Of a stretch of 64,000 bases of DNA, positions 1 through 11,843 are shown one piece after another. Where the stretch lies: assembly GCA_951406725.2 (NCBI GenBank), contig OX597841.1:18910001-18974000 (forward strand). Reading direction: 5' to 3'. A program made the translations under genes and the position numbers. The notes under the pieces are model-generated. The model was given only the letters and a program-made list of their open reading frames with translations. It searched no databases and was not told where the DNA came from. Positions within the stretch are counted from its first letter, which is position 1, and every line of letters starts with the position of its first letter. Source of the DNA: Octopus vulgaris. Its lineage: Eukaryota.

Positions 1-140
1 ACACTTGCCTTAGGTGGTACAGAGAGGAACTGAACCCAGAACCATGTGTTTGGAAAGCAAGCTTCTTACCACATGCCTTCATGTGCATATATATATATAT
101 ACACACACACACACATATATTTATACATATATATATAAAC

Positions 141-210
<70 letters not shown>

Positions 211-612
211 GTATGTATGCATGTAGGAGTGGCTGTGTGGTAAGAAGCTTGCTTACCAACCAGATGGTTCCAGGATCAGTCCCACTGTGTGGCACCTTGG
301 GCAAGTGTCTTCTACGATAGCCTTGGGCCAATCAAAGTATTGTAAGTGGATTTAGTAAACGGAAACTGAGAGAATCCTGTCGTGTATATATATATATATA
401 TATGTATGTATATATTTGTGTGTCTGTGTTTGTCTGCCCACCATCGCTTGACAACCGATGTTGGTGTGTTTATGTTCCCATAAATTAGCAGTTTGGCAAA
501 AGACACCGATAAATGAAATTCTGGAGCCAATTTGTTCAATTGAAGATGGTGCTCCGGCATGGCCGCAGTCAAATGGCTGAAACAGATAAAAGAATAAATA
601 AAAACATCGCAC

Positions 613-664
<52 letters not shown>

Positions 665-747
665 GCACACACACACGTCAACGCACCCACAGATGCAGTT
701 TAACTCACACCACTGCTCCTCCCCTTCTCTTTTTTTCCTCTTTGAAG

Positions 748-825
748 ATCTGAAGAATGGAACGGATTGAAAGAAGAAGAGAGAAAACGGATGAATCTGG
801 AAGTGAAGGACGATGGAGAATTTTG
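748..825 (+). CDS. Calpain gene 1, internal exon (CysPc domain IIb): SEEWNGLKEEERKRMNLEVKDDGEFW
   Basis: Pyrimidine tract + AG at 746-747 and GTAAG donor at 826. Contains the calpain DDGEFW(M) motif; TG|G joins the next exon to make Trp. Upstream exons lie outside the window. Confidence 0.92.
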
Positions 826-917
826 GTAAGGATTGGCTTCGTTCTCTTGTTGTTGCTGTTGTTCGTGTTGACGTCGTTGCAGCAGCAGCAATGGTAGTAG
901 TAGTAGTAGTAGTAGTG

Positions 918-993
<76 letters not shown>

Positions 994-1284
994 CAGCAGT
1001 GTAGTAGTAGTAGTAGTAGCCTTAGTAGCAGCAGCCGCAGTAGTGGTAGTAGCAGTGATAGTAGTAGTAGTAGTAGTAGTAATAGTTGAAGTTTTTACTA
1101 CTGTTGTTGTTGTTTGTGTTAATGATGCATTTACTTGCCATTGTTGTTTTAAACCTTTGACTACTCCTCCAGAGCACCCCTCCTCTTCCCACCCCTCACC
1201 ACCACTGATAAAGGCTCTCTCTTTCCCCCACCCTCCATTTCTCACTCACTCATTCTCTCTCTCTCTCTTTCTTTCTTTTCACAG

Positions 1285-1366
1285 GATGGACATCAATGAT
1301 GTCGTGAAGCACTTCAGCTTCGTCGACATGTGCCACATGGATCCGTTTGCAATAACAAGCTTTGAG
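1285..1366 (+). CDS. Calpain gene 1 exon: (W)MDINDVVKHFSFVDMCHMDPFAITSFE
   Basis: ttttcacAG acceptor, GTCAGT donor. Matches the calpain FWMxxxDFxxxFxxxxICxLxP end of CysPc; phase continuous with both neighbours. Confidence 0.9.
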
Positions 1367-1599
1367 GTCAGTCACATATAACTAACAACACACACATACA
1401 TACATACCTCCTGCGTGACCCCTCTGCCCGACATTCGCCACGATTGATCGCAGCCACTAAACCTTATTCTATTTTCTCTTCCTGTTTATTTCTGTGTTCC
1501 TTTCTGTCGAAGAGCGTAGGCTCGAAATGTAAAAGACTTTTACACTTCCCGAGCGTTAAACTAATACACCTGTTTGTTGTCTACACCACCTGTCTTCGT

Positions 1600-1955
1600 C
1601 TACAATGGAAATTGTAGTTGTGATACCTGTGCCGGGTGCACGTAAAAAGTACCACCCGAATGTAGCTGATGCCAGCGCCGCCTTGACTGGCTTCTGTGCC
1701 GGTGGCACATAAAAAGCACCAACCGATTGTGGATGCTGCCAGCCTCCCCTCGCACCTGTGCCGGTGGCATGTAAAAAGCACCCACTACATTCTCGGAGTG
1801 GTTGGCGTTAGGAAGGGCATCCAGCTGTAGAAACACTGCCAGATCAGACTGAAGCCTGTTGCTGCTTCCTGGCTTCCCAGACCCCGGTCGAACCGTCCAA
1901 CCCATGCTAGCATGGAAAACGGACGTTAGACGATGATGATGAGGATGATGATGAT
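1600..1955 (+). mobile_element. SINE/LINE-tail repeat family E (copies ~3600-3990, 28690-28830, 55290-55400, 63600-63880, all minus strand)
   Basis: GGCGTTAGGAAGGGCATCCAGCTGTAGAAA..CCATGCTAGCATGGAAAACGGACGTTA followed by a (GAT)n tail. Confidence 0.75.
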
Positions 1956-2118
1956 GTGTGCTCGTTCGGCAAGATCTTTAGAGATACCTCCCAATGCACC
2001 TATAACACCTGGCATACTTTTTACCCCTACATCCTATAGTCTCAGTAATTCAATACCTAAATTCTGACACTTCGCTATTTTTCTATACCGCTCATATTTA
2101 TTTCTTCGTCTTCATCAT

Positions 2119-2186
<68 letters not shown>

Positions 2187-2209
2187 TTATTATTATTATT
2201 ATTATTATT

Positions 2210-2768
2210 ATTGAGTGAGAGCGCAGTGCATGCCATCAAAGTGACTCTGGGTTACAAATATACGAAACCCAGTATACCCTTCATGACTACCCACCTGATA
2301 AGGGTACACCAGGCACATGCATCACAACCATATGTGCGCGACATGATGATCTCATATCAAGATAAACAGCACATGACCTTGCAGGTGGGGGCCCAGTTAG
2401 AATTTTCTTCTGGTCGAGTAGCCCATCCCGCTGAAAAGGTCCCTGAATTAGGGCTGTTAAAGGATGTTGAACGAAACACCCATGTTTCCAAAGGTGAATT
2501 ATTCAAACCCCAAAGAATCCCTCTCAACACATGGCTATGATGCTCCCCCACTACTTCTGCTCGTGATCAGAGATGCACATATAGTCAGTCACTAAGGGAC
2601 ATGCTCAACTGGTTACGGTCAAACAACTGACAAGCAAATCTGTGGTATTGAGCAGAATATTTGCTGTAGCCCATCTTTTATACCAAGACAAAACAATGTA
2701 CATGATAACACTTCCAATCAGTTAAGATCAGAAGCCATGAGAGCCACTGCCTGGTACTGCATCAGGGC

Positions 2769-2772
<4 letters not shown>
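2210..2772 (-). mobile_element. ~560-bp non-coding element D inserted in (TAA)n (copies 31137-31670 +, 62489-62995 -)
   Basis: Three clearly alignable copies, each abutting TAA repeats on the element strand; no ORF or tRNA head seen. Confidence 0.85.
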
Positions 2773-2835
<63 letters not shown>

Positions 2836-3066
2836 AAGTTGGCGGACCAACAGAATCGTTAGCACGCCAGGTGCAATGCTTAACAGTATTTTGTCTGTCA
2901 CTACGTTCTGGGTTCAAACTCTGCCGAGATAGATTTTTCCTTTCATCATTTCATGGTCAATAAATTAAGTAACAGTGAAATACTGGGGCCATTGCATTCG
3001 ACTAGTCCCCTTCCCCACAAAAATTTCAGGCCTTGTGCAAGAATTTGAAATCATTATTATCGTTGC

Positions 3067-3119
<53 letters not shown>

Positions 3120-3167
3120 TTGTGTCTGTTCTCATGGTTGTTGTTATTGTTGTTGTTGCATTGACAG

Positions 3168-3267
3168 GAAACAGCGGAGAAACCATCAGCAAGGAAATGG
3201 CACACATTCCGGGCAGATGGCCAATGGCTCAAGAAGATCACATCCGGTGGTAGCGACAATTCTAAAG
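3168..3267 (+). CDS. Calpain gene 1 exon, start of domain III: ETAEKPSARKWHTFRADGQWLKKITSGGSDNSK
   Basis: gacAG acceptor, GTGAGA donor. Resembles KW...GxW...TAGGCxN of the calpain CBSW domain; 100 bp, phase 0/1. Confidence 0.88.
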
Positions 3268-3302
3268 GTGAGACACCGTCTACCTTGGGTTACTTTATCT
3301 TC

Positions 3303-3333
<31 letters not shown>

Positions 3334-4274
3334 GCCACTCCTGATACAACAGTCGGACTTTAAAACTGGTTTAACCAATCATCATCATCGTCATCATCAT
3401 CATTGTCATCATCATCATTATCATTAGCATCATAATAATAATAATTATTTCTTTATTACCCACAAGGGGCTACACATAGAGGGGACAAACAAAGACAAAC
3501 AAAGGGATTAAGTCGATTACATCGACCCCAGTGCGTAACTGGTACTTTATTTATCGACCCCGAAAGGATGAATAATAATTATTATTAATACAATCAGAAT
3601 TTAACGTCTTCTTTTCACATTGGCATTCGTTGGACGGTTTGACTGCATTTGGTAAGGTCCAGAGGCTACACCAGGCTCTCTTTTCTGTTCTGGCATGGTT
3701 TCTATGGATTCCCTTCCTAATGCCAACCACTCCACAAAATGTACTGGTTGCTTTTTACGTGGCGCCTGCTTGAGTGCCCTTCATGTGACACCAGCACCGG
3801 CACCTATGGTGGTCAGGTCACCTTGAATACAGCAAAGCGCCCGATATCTTGGTCCTTAGTCATCTCCTTCATAGGGCTCTGTGCCGGGAGTTTGGCCCTC
3901 AACACCTCATGCCGTGTCTTCCTGGGTTTCCCTTTTCCACACCACTTCTATATACAACTGTCTGCATCCATGCGCATGCCCATATAAATATATATATATA
4001 CATATACATCATCATGATGTTGCTGCACATCGCTGGTCATAATGCGCTTCGCATTGTTTTAGCCTTCAAATGACGCCACCCCGCTGGCTAAGCAAGCAGG
4101 CCACCAGAAGAAAGAGTGAGAGAAAGCAGGGATCGCCATCACCCCCTGCTGGAGTCTCGTGGAGCTTTAGGTGTTTTCTCTCAATAAGCACTCCCATCGC
4201 CCGGCCTGGGAATCGAAACCGCGATCCTACGACCGCGAATCCGCTGCCCTAACCACTCGGCCATTGCGCCTTCA

Positions 4275-4339
<65 letters not shown>

Positions 4340-4347
4340 TATATATA

Positions 4348-4413
<66 letters not shown>

Positions 4414-5416
4414 AAGGTTAATCCTCGTGGCAGATTCTGGATGATTGCTACGAACGTATGAAAGTGCTAATTGAACTCTATGAATATTACTAAATGTTTT
4501 TTTTATTTTCAATGTTTAACACACTTCAGCATTGTAAAAAGATTTATTTTAAACGCAATAAAAAACGTGAAAACCAGACCATGTTTTAACTATATTTAAC
4601 TGATATATATAATTCTAAACACATATGCACAAATTCAGAATATTTATGTAATATATATATATATATATGTTGTCTACACCACCTGTTTTCGTCTTTTGTT
4701 TGTTTTTTTTTTTGTGAATTCTCCCCCTACACACACACGCACATATGTGTGTGTGTAGGGGGAGAATTCACAAAAAAAAGACAAAGGACGAAAACAGGTG
4801 GTGTAGACAACAAACAGATGCATTAGTTTAATGCTTGGGAAGTGAAAACGTTTTTAATGTTTCGAGCTTACGCTCTTCAACAGAGAGGAACACAGAAACA
4901 AGGAGAGAAGATAAAGAATGTGTAGTGGCTAGCGATCTATCATGGTGAATGCCAGAGAGAGGAAGAGGCGAGCTAGGAAGAAGGGGGGATAATAAAGTAG
5001 TGGTGATCCCAAAACGAAAGTTCACGTGCGTGTGGAAGAGGGCTGGTGACCTTGACATGTGCATGTGTCGGTAAGTGGATGATGGTGTGGGGCTGGGAAG
5101 TGGTCAGTGCTGGTGTGTGCGTGGTGGTGTGATATGATGTAGTGTTGTGTGGTGTGGTGTGGTGTGATGGTGTTGGGATGTGAGGGACGGGAGAGAGGGG
5201 AAAGCAGGGGTGGGATGTGGGTTAGACTGACGGTGGGGGCAGAGGTTTGTCATGTGGGAGTGAGTGTAAAGGGTGGAGTGAATAGCATAAGATGGATAGG
5301 GAAGGTGGGGTTGGATTGTGTAGGGGTGGAGGTGACGATGAAGGGAGGAGGAGGAAGGGGAGATGTTGATTAGGAGTGAAGAGAAGAAGTAGGAGTCGGC
5401 GCAAGAGAGGAGACGT

Positions 5417-5459
<43 letters not shown>

Positions 5460-5647
5460 GGAGAGACAAAGATAGTATTAACATCCATGTTTCCATACTT
5501 CCATGAGTCAGACAATACATGTGGGTATGTAACATACATTTATATGTGTGCGGTGGGGGGGGGGAGGTACGTGCATATTTATATGTACTACTATTACTAT
5601 TACTACTACTACTACTGTTACTACGTTATTATTATTGTGCACCTCAG

Positions 5648-5775
5648 ATATCTACTGGAAGAACCCTCAGTACCTGTTGGAGATCCGTGAGTGTGGCGCT
5701 GATGTCCAGACAGTGATTTCCCTGATGCATCGGTTTTTTCGCCAAGACCTTAAAGTCGGCACACACTTGTACAAG
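5648..5775 (+). CDS. Calpain gene 1 exon: DIYWKNPQYLLEIRECGADVQTVISLMHRFFRQDLKVGTHLYK
   Basis: ctcAG acceptor, GTTAGT donor. WxNPQY and VISLM motifs of domain III. Confidence 0.92.
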
Positions 5776-6299
5776 GTTAGTCATTGTAACTACTCCTCCT
5801 CTCTACTCCTTTTAACAATGTAACCAATTCCACTAACGATAACAGTAACAACAACAACACCCTTTCAAGAATTTGGACCTGGAGATCTCCATTTCCAGCG
5901 ACTTCGAGGGCCACCTCCCAGTGGTGTCGGGCGTCAACAAAGAGCCCTCGACTACAACAAGACGACCAATTTTTTATCCAAGGTCTGGGGTCTCCCGCCT
6001 CTAAGCCCTAGACCAGTGGTTTTTAACCAGGGTTCCGCGGAACCTTAGAGTTCCGCCAGTACAGTCCAGGGGTTCCCCAAGAAGTTACAAAACTGCTAAA
6101 ATCGTCAGTAATTTTTAATTCTCCTGTGCAGATATGTGTGCATAAGACTATTAAATTAGTGGTGGTGGTGGAAGCGGCGGCGGCGGCGGTGGTGGTGGTG
6201 GTGGTGGTGGTGGTTGTGGTGGTGGTGGTGGATGCTGTCTGCTCATATAGAATTAACCAGAACAAGTAAGATCAAGAGCGCTAAGAAATCAAATGCAAA

Positions 6300-6373
<74 letters not shown>

Positions 6374-7209
6374 GTTTCAAATTTTGCCACAAAGGCAGTT
6401 ATTGCGGGGGAGGGGATGAGCTGGTCAGATTAACCCCAGTGCGTAACTGGTACTTATTTAATCGACCCCGAAAGGATGAAAGGCAAAGTCAACCTCGGCG
6501 GAATTTGAACTCAGAACATAACGGCAGACGACATACCGCTAAGCATTTCGCCCGGCGTGCTTTCGATTTTACAATAAATATAAATACAAAGGCGGCGAGC
6601 TGGCAGAAACGTTAGCGCACCGGGCGAAATGCGTAGCCGTATTTCGTCTGCCGTTATGTTCTGAGTTCAAATTTCGCCGAGGTCGACTTTGCCTTTCATC
6701 CTTTCGGGGTCGATTAAATAAGTACCAGTTACGCACTGGGGTCGATGTAATCGACTTAATACCTATGTCTGTCCTTGTTTAGCCCCCTGTAGGTAGTAAA
6801 GAAATAGGTATTTCGTCTGCCGTTACGTTCTGAGTTCAAATTCCGCCTAGGTCGACTTTGCCTTTCATCCTTTCGAGGTCGATAGATTAAGTAACAGTTA
6901 TGTACTGGGGTCAATCTAATCTACTGCCCCACCTCTCCCACAAAATTTGGGGCCTTGTGCCTAGAGCAGAAATGAATATATATATATATATCTTTCACTC
7001 TTTTATTTGTTTCAGTCATTTGACTGCGGCCATGCTGGAGCACCGCCTTTAATCGAGCAACTCGACCCCGGGACTTATTCTTTTGTAAGCCCAGTACTTA
7101 TTCTATCGGTCTCTTTTGCCGAACCGCCAAGTAACGGAGACATAAACACACCAGCATCGGTTGTCAAGCAATGCTAGGGGGACAAACACAGACACAAAAA
7201 ACACACACA

Positions 7210-7347
<138 letters not shown>

Positions 7348-7569
7348 CGACAGGCTTCTTTTCAGTTTCCGTCTACCAAATCCACTCAAAAGGCATTGGT
7401 TGGTCCAAGGCTATAGTAGAAGACACTTGCCCAAGGTGCCACGCAGTGGAACTGAACCCTGAACCATGTGGTTGGTAAACAAGCTACTTACCACACGGCC
7501 AATATTTTTATTGTTTTGTGCTTCAGTCATTTTGACTGCAGCGTTATATTGGCAAACAGGTTCTTGTCC

Positions 7570-7609
<40 letters not shown>

Positions 7610-7705
7610 AAATATATGTATTTGTATATATATATATGACCTCGCCTGTATCACTAGCGATTTTTTTCCTCTGTCTTCCCTTCTCTGGATCTTAACTTCT
7701 CCTTT

Positions 7706-7740
7706 GTTTCCGATGAAGAGCTCCGCTCGAAACGTCAAGC
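7706..7740 (+). ncRNA. Minimal HHR motif (CCGAUGA core) in a ~200-bp TA-flanked repeat; degenerate relative at ~12540-12580 (-)
   Basis: GTTT CCGATGA A GAGC tcc GCTC GAAA CG TC AAGC. Confidence 0.68.
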
Positions 7741-7834
7741 CCTCCTTCTTCCCTTCTTTCCTGAGCGTCCAATAATACTATATTTGTTCCACGTCCTTGC
7801 GTTGTTGTGTTTTTGTTTTCTTGTTTGGATTAAC

Positions 7835-7864
<30 letters not shown>

Positions 7865-7865
<1 letters not shown>

Positions 7866-8013
7866 GATAAGGATGACTATGATGGTGGTGGTTGTGATGG
7901 CAGTGATGGTGACGATGAGGGTGTGGATGGAGATGGTGATGACGATGACAACGACGACAACGGTAGTAGTGTTGGTGATAATGATGATAATGATGATGAT
8001 GATGATGATGATA

Positions 8014-8054
<41 letters not shown>

Positions 8055-8094
8055 AGTGATGATTATGATAGTGATGATGATGGTAATGATTATG

Positions 8095-8128
<34 letters not shown>

Positions 8129-8169
8129 CGATGATAGTGATGATGATAGTGATGATGATGGTAATGATT

Positions 8170-8232
<63 letters not shown>
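7865..8232. repeat. (GAT)n microsatellite
   Basis: Seen directly; lies upstream of the acceptor at 8257-8258. Confidence 0.95.
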
Positions 8233-8258
8233 TCTATAATGCAATCTCCATTCGACAG

Positions 8259-8467
8259 CTGAACCCTGGCTACCCGACCCCTCTTCCCGAGAAGTTTGAT
8301 GAATACGCCACGAAAATGGAAACGAAAATGAAGGAAGAGAAACTTCAAGACTCGACGTTTGGGATTTTCCTGGCGCCTGGGTCCTATGTCATTGTCCCCT
8401 ACAACGTCAGTAACGAGTCCGCCGAATTCGTTTTGCGAGTTTTCACAGATGTGGCAGTTACGACCAG
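8259..8467 (+). CDS. Calpain gene 1 exon: LNPGYPTP...[33 protein letters not shown](R)
   Basis: gacAG acceptor, GTGATT donor. LxPGxYVIVP...FxLRVF motif ending domain III. Confidence 0.93.
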
Positions 8468-8559
8468 GTGATTGTTACGTTATCTCTTTCTCTACCTGTC
8501 CTTTCTCTGTTTCCTTAACACACACCACACACATATATATATATATGTATATATATATG

Positions 8560-8738
<179 letters not shown>

Positions 8739-8869
8739 TTCAGTAAAAATTTAGATTCGAATGAATATGGTACTTAATTTAGATGCACCAGAATTTTGTA
8801 TGGTGTTATCCATAAGAATTTGTGGGGTGACTATAATCAAAAATAAGCAACAAGAATGATTCCGGTAAT

Positions 8870-8956
8870 TTGGTACAATTGTTTCGCACTACATCATTTT
8901 ATTAAATGCTGTAAGTATTACAGCAGATTTAAGATGCTGAGTACTCATCAGCCAAT
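8870..8956 (-). ncRNA. Type I hammerhead ribozyme with extended helix II
   Basis: Minus strand TTGG CTGATGA GTAC-[insert with hairpin TGCTGTAA/TTACAGCA]-GTGC GAAA CAATTG TA CCAA. Confidence 0.85.
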
Positions 8957-9151
8957 TATAGAGGTTTTCCATTAATACAAAATTTTTCAAACCAAGTGGC
9001 AGCATTATAGAAAAGGTAGATATACAGACAAAGATGTAGATTTAAATTTTAAGAACATATGAGGTATGTGTGAATATATATTTCATCATGTTGAACTGTT
9101 AATCTCCACACATTTTCTTTGTCATTCCGTTGTTTTTTTCCCTCTGAATCA

Positions 9152-9185
9152 TTTCTGATGAAGAGCATCGGCTCGAAACGTAAAA
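9152..9185 (+). ncRNA. Minimal HHR motif with canonical core, related to the CUGUUGA family
   Basis: TTT CTGATGA A GAGC atcg GCTC GAAA CG TA AAA. Confidence 0.7.
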
Positions 9186-9401
9186 AGACTTTTCCATTCT
9201 CCCCAAGTGTTAAAATAATGCACCTCCTTGTCGTTCCCTCACCTATCTTCATCTTTCATTTTTTTTAGTGACTGATAAAATAAGTATTAGGCTTACGAAG
9301 AATAAATCCTGAGGTTTATTTGCTCGATTGATCGTAGTGCTCCAGCATGGCCACAGTCAAATGACTGAAACAAATAAAAGAATATATATATTAGCATACA
9401 C

Positions 9402-9460
<59 letters not shown>

Positions 9461-9462
<2 letters not shown>

Positions 9463-10020
9463 CTATGTAGGATAAAAACTTTTTCGGGAAAAAAATTTTA
9501 TCAATGGCCAGCATATCAAAAAATACCATTAAAGGTTAAATTTATAAATAATTTACAAAATTAAGGGCAAAAGAAAAATTCTAATGCCAAATATGCCGAA
9601 AAAAAAAGACAAAAATTGTCGATAACCTTTTTAATTTATGCGTCTCGAAACAAACCGATAGAAAATTCTAAAAAATCCGTTATTACCGTATTGGTCCCAC
9701 TTTCGGGGTTAATTCATAAGAATTTTCCCCTCTTCAGCGATAAATATGTGAGATATAAGTGAAATACTTACTCATACCCATGGAAAAAGCAAGCACTAAG
9801 TCCCGAGCAGACCTAAGTACCCCAAATATTTCCAAAATAAAAAAAAATCTTCGGCACATCTCGAGACACGTGTGATTCGAACTAGAAACTTTCACAGAGT
9901 GAGAGAATCCGGAAGTGAACACTATTAAATTTATAACTAATGTAGGATAAAATTTTTTTCGGGAAAAAAATTTTATCAATGGCCAGCATATCAAAAAATG
10001 CCCTTATTTTTGTAAATTAT
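9461..10020 (-). mobile_element. HHR element, ~475-bp unit plus partial second unit and short inverted end; HHR at 9683-9743
   Basis: TGTAGGATAAAA...CATATCAAAAAAT at 9466 recurs at 9941; 9998-10020 is an inverted copy of ~9549-9570. Minus strand TTATCG CTGAAGA GGGG..CCCC GAAA GTGGGACCAA TA CGGTAA. Confidence 0.8.
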
Positions 10021-10356
10021 ATATATATATATACTCTCTCTTTTACTCTTTTACTTGTTTCAGTCATTTGACTGCAGTCATGCTGGTGCACCGCCTTTAG
10101 TCGAGCAAATCGACCCCGGGACTTATTCTTTGTAAGCCCAGTACTTATTATATCGTTCTCTTTTGCCGAACCGCTAAGTTACACACACACTTATATATAT
10201 ATACATATATACGACAGGCTTCTTTCAGTTTCCGTCTACCAAATCCGCTCACAAGGCATTGGTCGGCCCGGGGCTATAGCATAAGACACTTGCCCAAGAT
10301 GGGACTGAACCCGGAACCATGTGGTTGGTTAGCAAGCTACTAACCACACATCCACT

Positions 10357-10490
<134 letters not shown>

Positions 10491-10606
10491 GCATGTATTT
10501 GTATGCCTGTGCATTTGCTATGCATGCGTAAGCCTGTATATTTCTGTATGTGTTTTTGTCTTCGTTTAGGACCGTCTAAATCCCTCTCTTTCAATGTCCA
10601 TTGCAG

Positions 10607-10637
10607 ATCCCTCGATGACATGGAGGCAGTCGATCCG
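10607..10637 (+). CDS. Calpain gene 1, 31-bp linker micro-exon: (R)SLDDMEAVDP
   Basis: ttgcAG acceptor, GTAAGG donor. Phase 2/0 exactly bridges the flanking exons; resembles the calpain ELDD linker. Confidence 0.78.
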
Positions 10638-10689
10638 GTAAGGTTGCATCATTGCACTTCCTGTTTCACTAGCACTGCACTAAAGGAAT

Positions 10690-11100
10690 GTGGTGGTGGT
10701 GGTGGCAGCGGTGGTTGGGTAGTGGTGGTGGTGGCGGTGGTGGTAGCGGTGGTTGTGGTAGCGGTGGTGGTGATGGTGGTGGTGGTAGTGGTGGTAGTGG
10801 TGGTAGTGTTGGTGATGGTGGTGGTGGTGGCGGTGGTGGTAGTGGTGGTGGTGGCGGTGGCGGTGGTGGTGGTGGTTGTTGTGGTGGTGATGGTGGTTGT
10901 TGTTGTGGTGGTGGCTGTGGTGGTGGTTGTGGGTGTGGTGGTGGTAGCGGTGGTGGTGGTGGTGGTGGTGGCGGTGGTAGTGATGGTGGTGGTAGCGGTG
11001 GCGGTGGTGGTGGCGCTGGTGGTGGTAGCGGTAGTGGTGGTGGTGGTGGTGGTGGTGGTGGTGGTGGTGGTGGTGGTGGTGGTGGTGGTGGTGGTGGTGG
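10690..11100. repeat. (GGT)n microsatellite
   Basis: Seen directly; intronic. Confidence 0.95.
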
Positions 11101-11252
11101 CAGGCAGTGAGGGTGAGGCTGATCATGATTGTTGGTGGAAGATTTCTTTGTGGCTAAAATATGGTTCCGGGTTCAGTCTCCGTGTGTGACACCTTGGACA
11201 AGTGTCTTCTACCATTGCCTTGCGCTGACCAAAGGCTTGTGAGGAGATTTGG

Positions 11253-11325
<73 letters not shown>

Positions 11326-11490
11326 CGAGGATGATCCGGTACTTGACTGAAGAGTAGAGGCTTCGAATGACCCGTCCGTTTTTTTTTGTGTCGTCTATTT
11401 GAATGTTTTGCGTTCTTGTCCCATTTTGTATTTTTTTATATATATATATTTTATACATAAATTATTGCTGCGTAACGGACACCTTGTTCT

Positions 11491-11543
<53 letters not shown>

Positions 11544-11553
11544 TTTATTATAC

Positions 11554-11775
11554 TTTAAAGCAGCAGAAAATTCAACAAAACCTGTTACTCTGAGTTTCAC
11601 GTTCCCGTTCGTCGGACAGTTTTTTCTAGAAAAAACTGTCCGACGAACGGGAACGTGAAACTCAGAGTAACAGGTTTTGTTGAATTTTCTGCTGCTTTAA
11701 ATAAAGCATATTACTCTGCCCCTGGTATTTGAGTACTCTTTATTCCGCCTTGTTTCACATTTATGTGTTTACTCC

Positions 11776-11778
<3 letters not shown>
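11554..11778. mobile_element. 148-bp perfect palindrome (11554-11701) plus tail, with an HHR in each arm (11582-11619 -, 11636-11673 +)
   Basis: Centre TTTTTTCTAGAAAAAA; each arm reads CTGT CCGACGA ACG ggaa CGT GAAA CTC a GAG TA ACAG; TA flanks. Confidence 0.85.

Positions 11779-11843
<65 letters not shown>

Noticed and set aside
7797-8258. Poly-Asp N-terminal part of ORF 7797-8471 as a calpain acidic region
   Set aside because: It is an intronic (GAT)n tract. A good acceptor at 8257-8258 joins the previous exon in frame without it.
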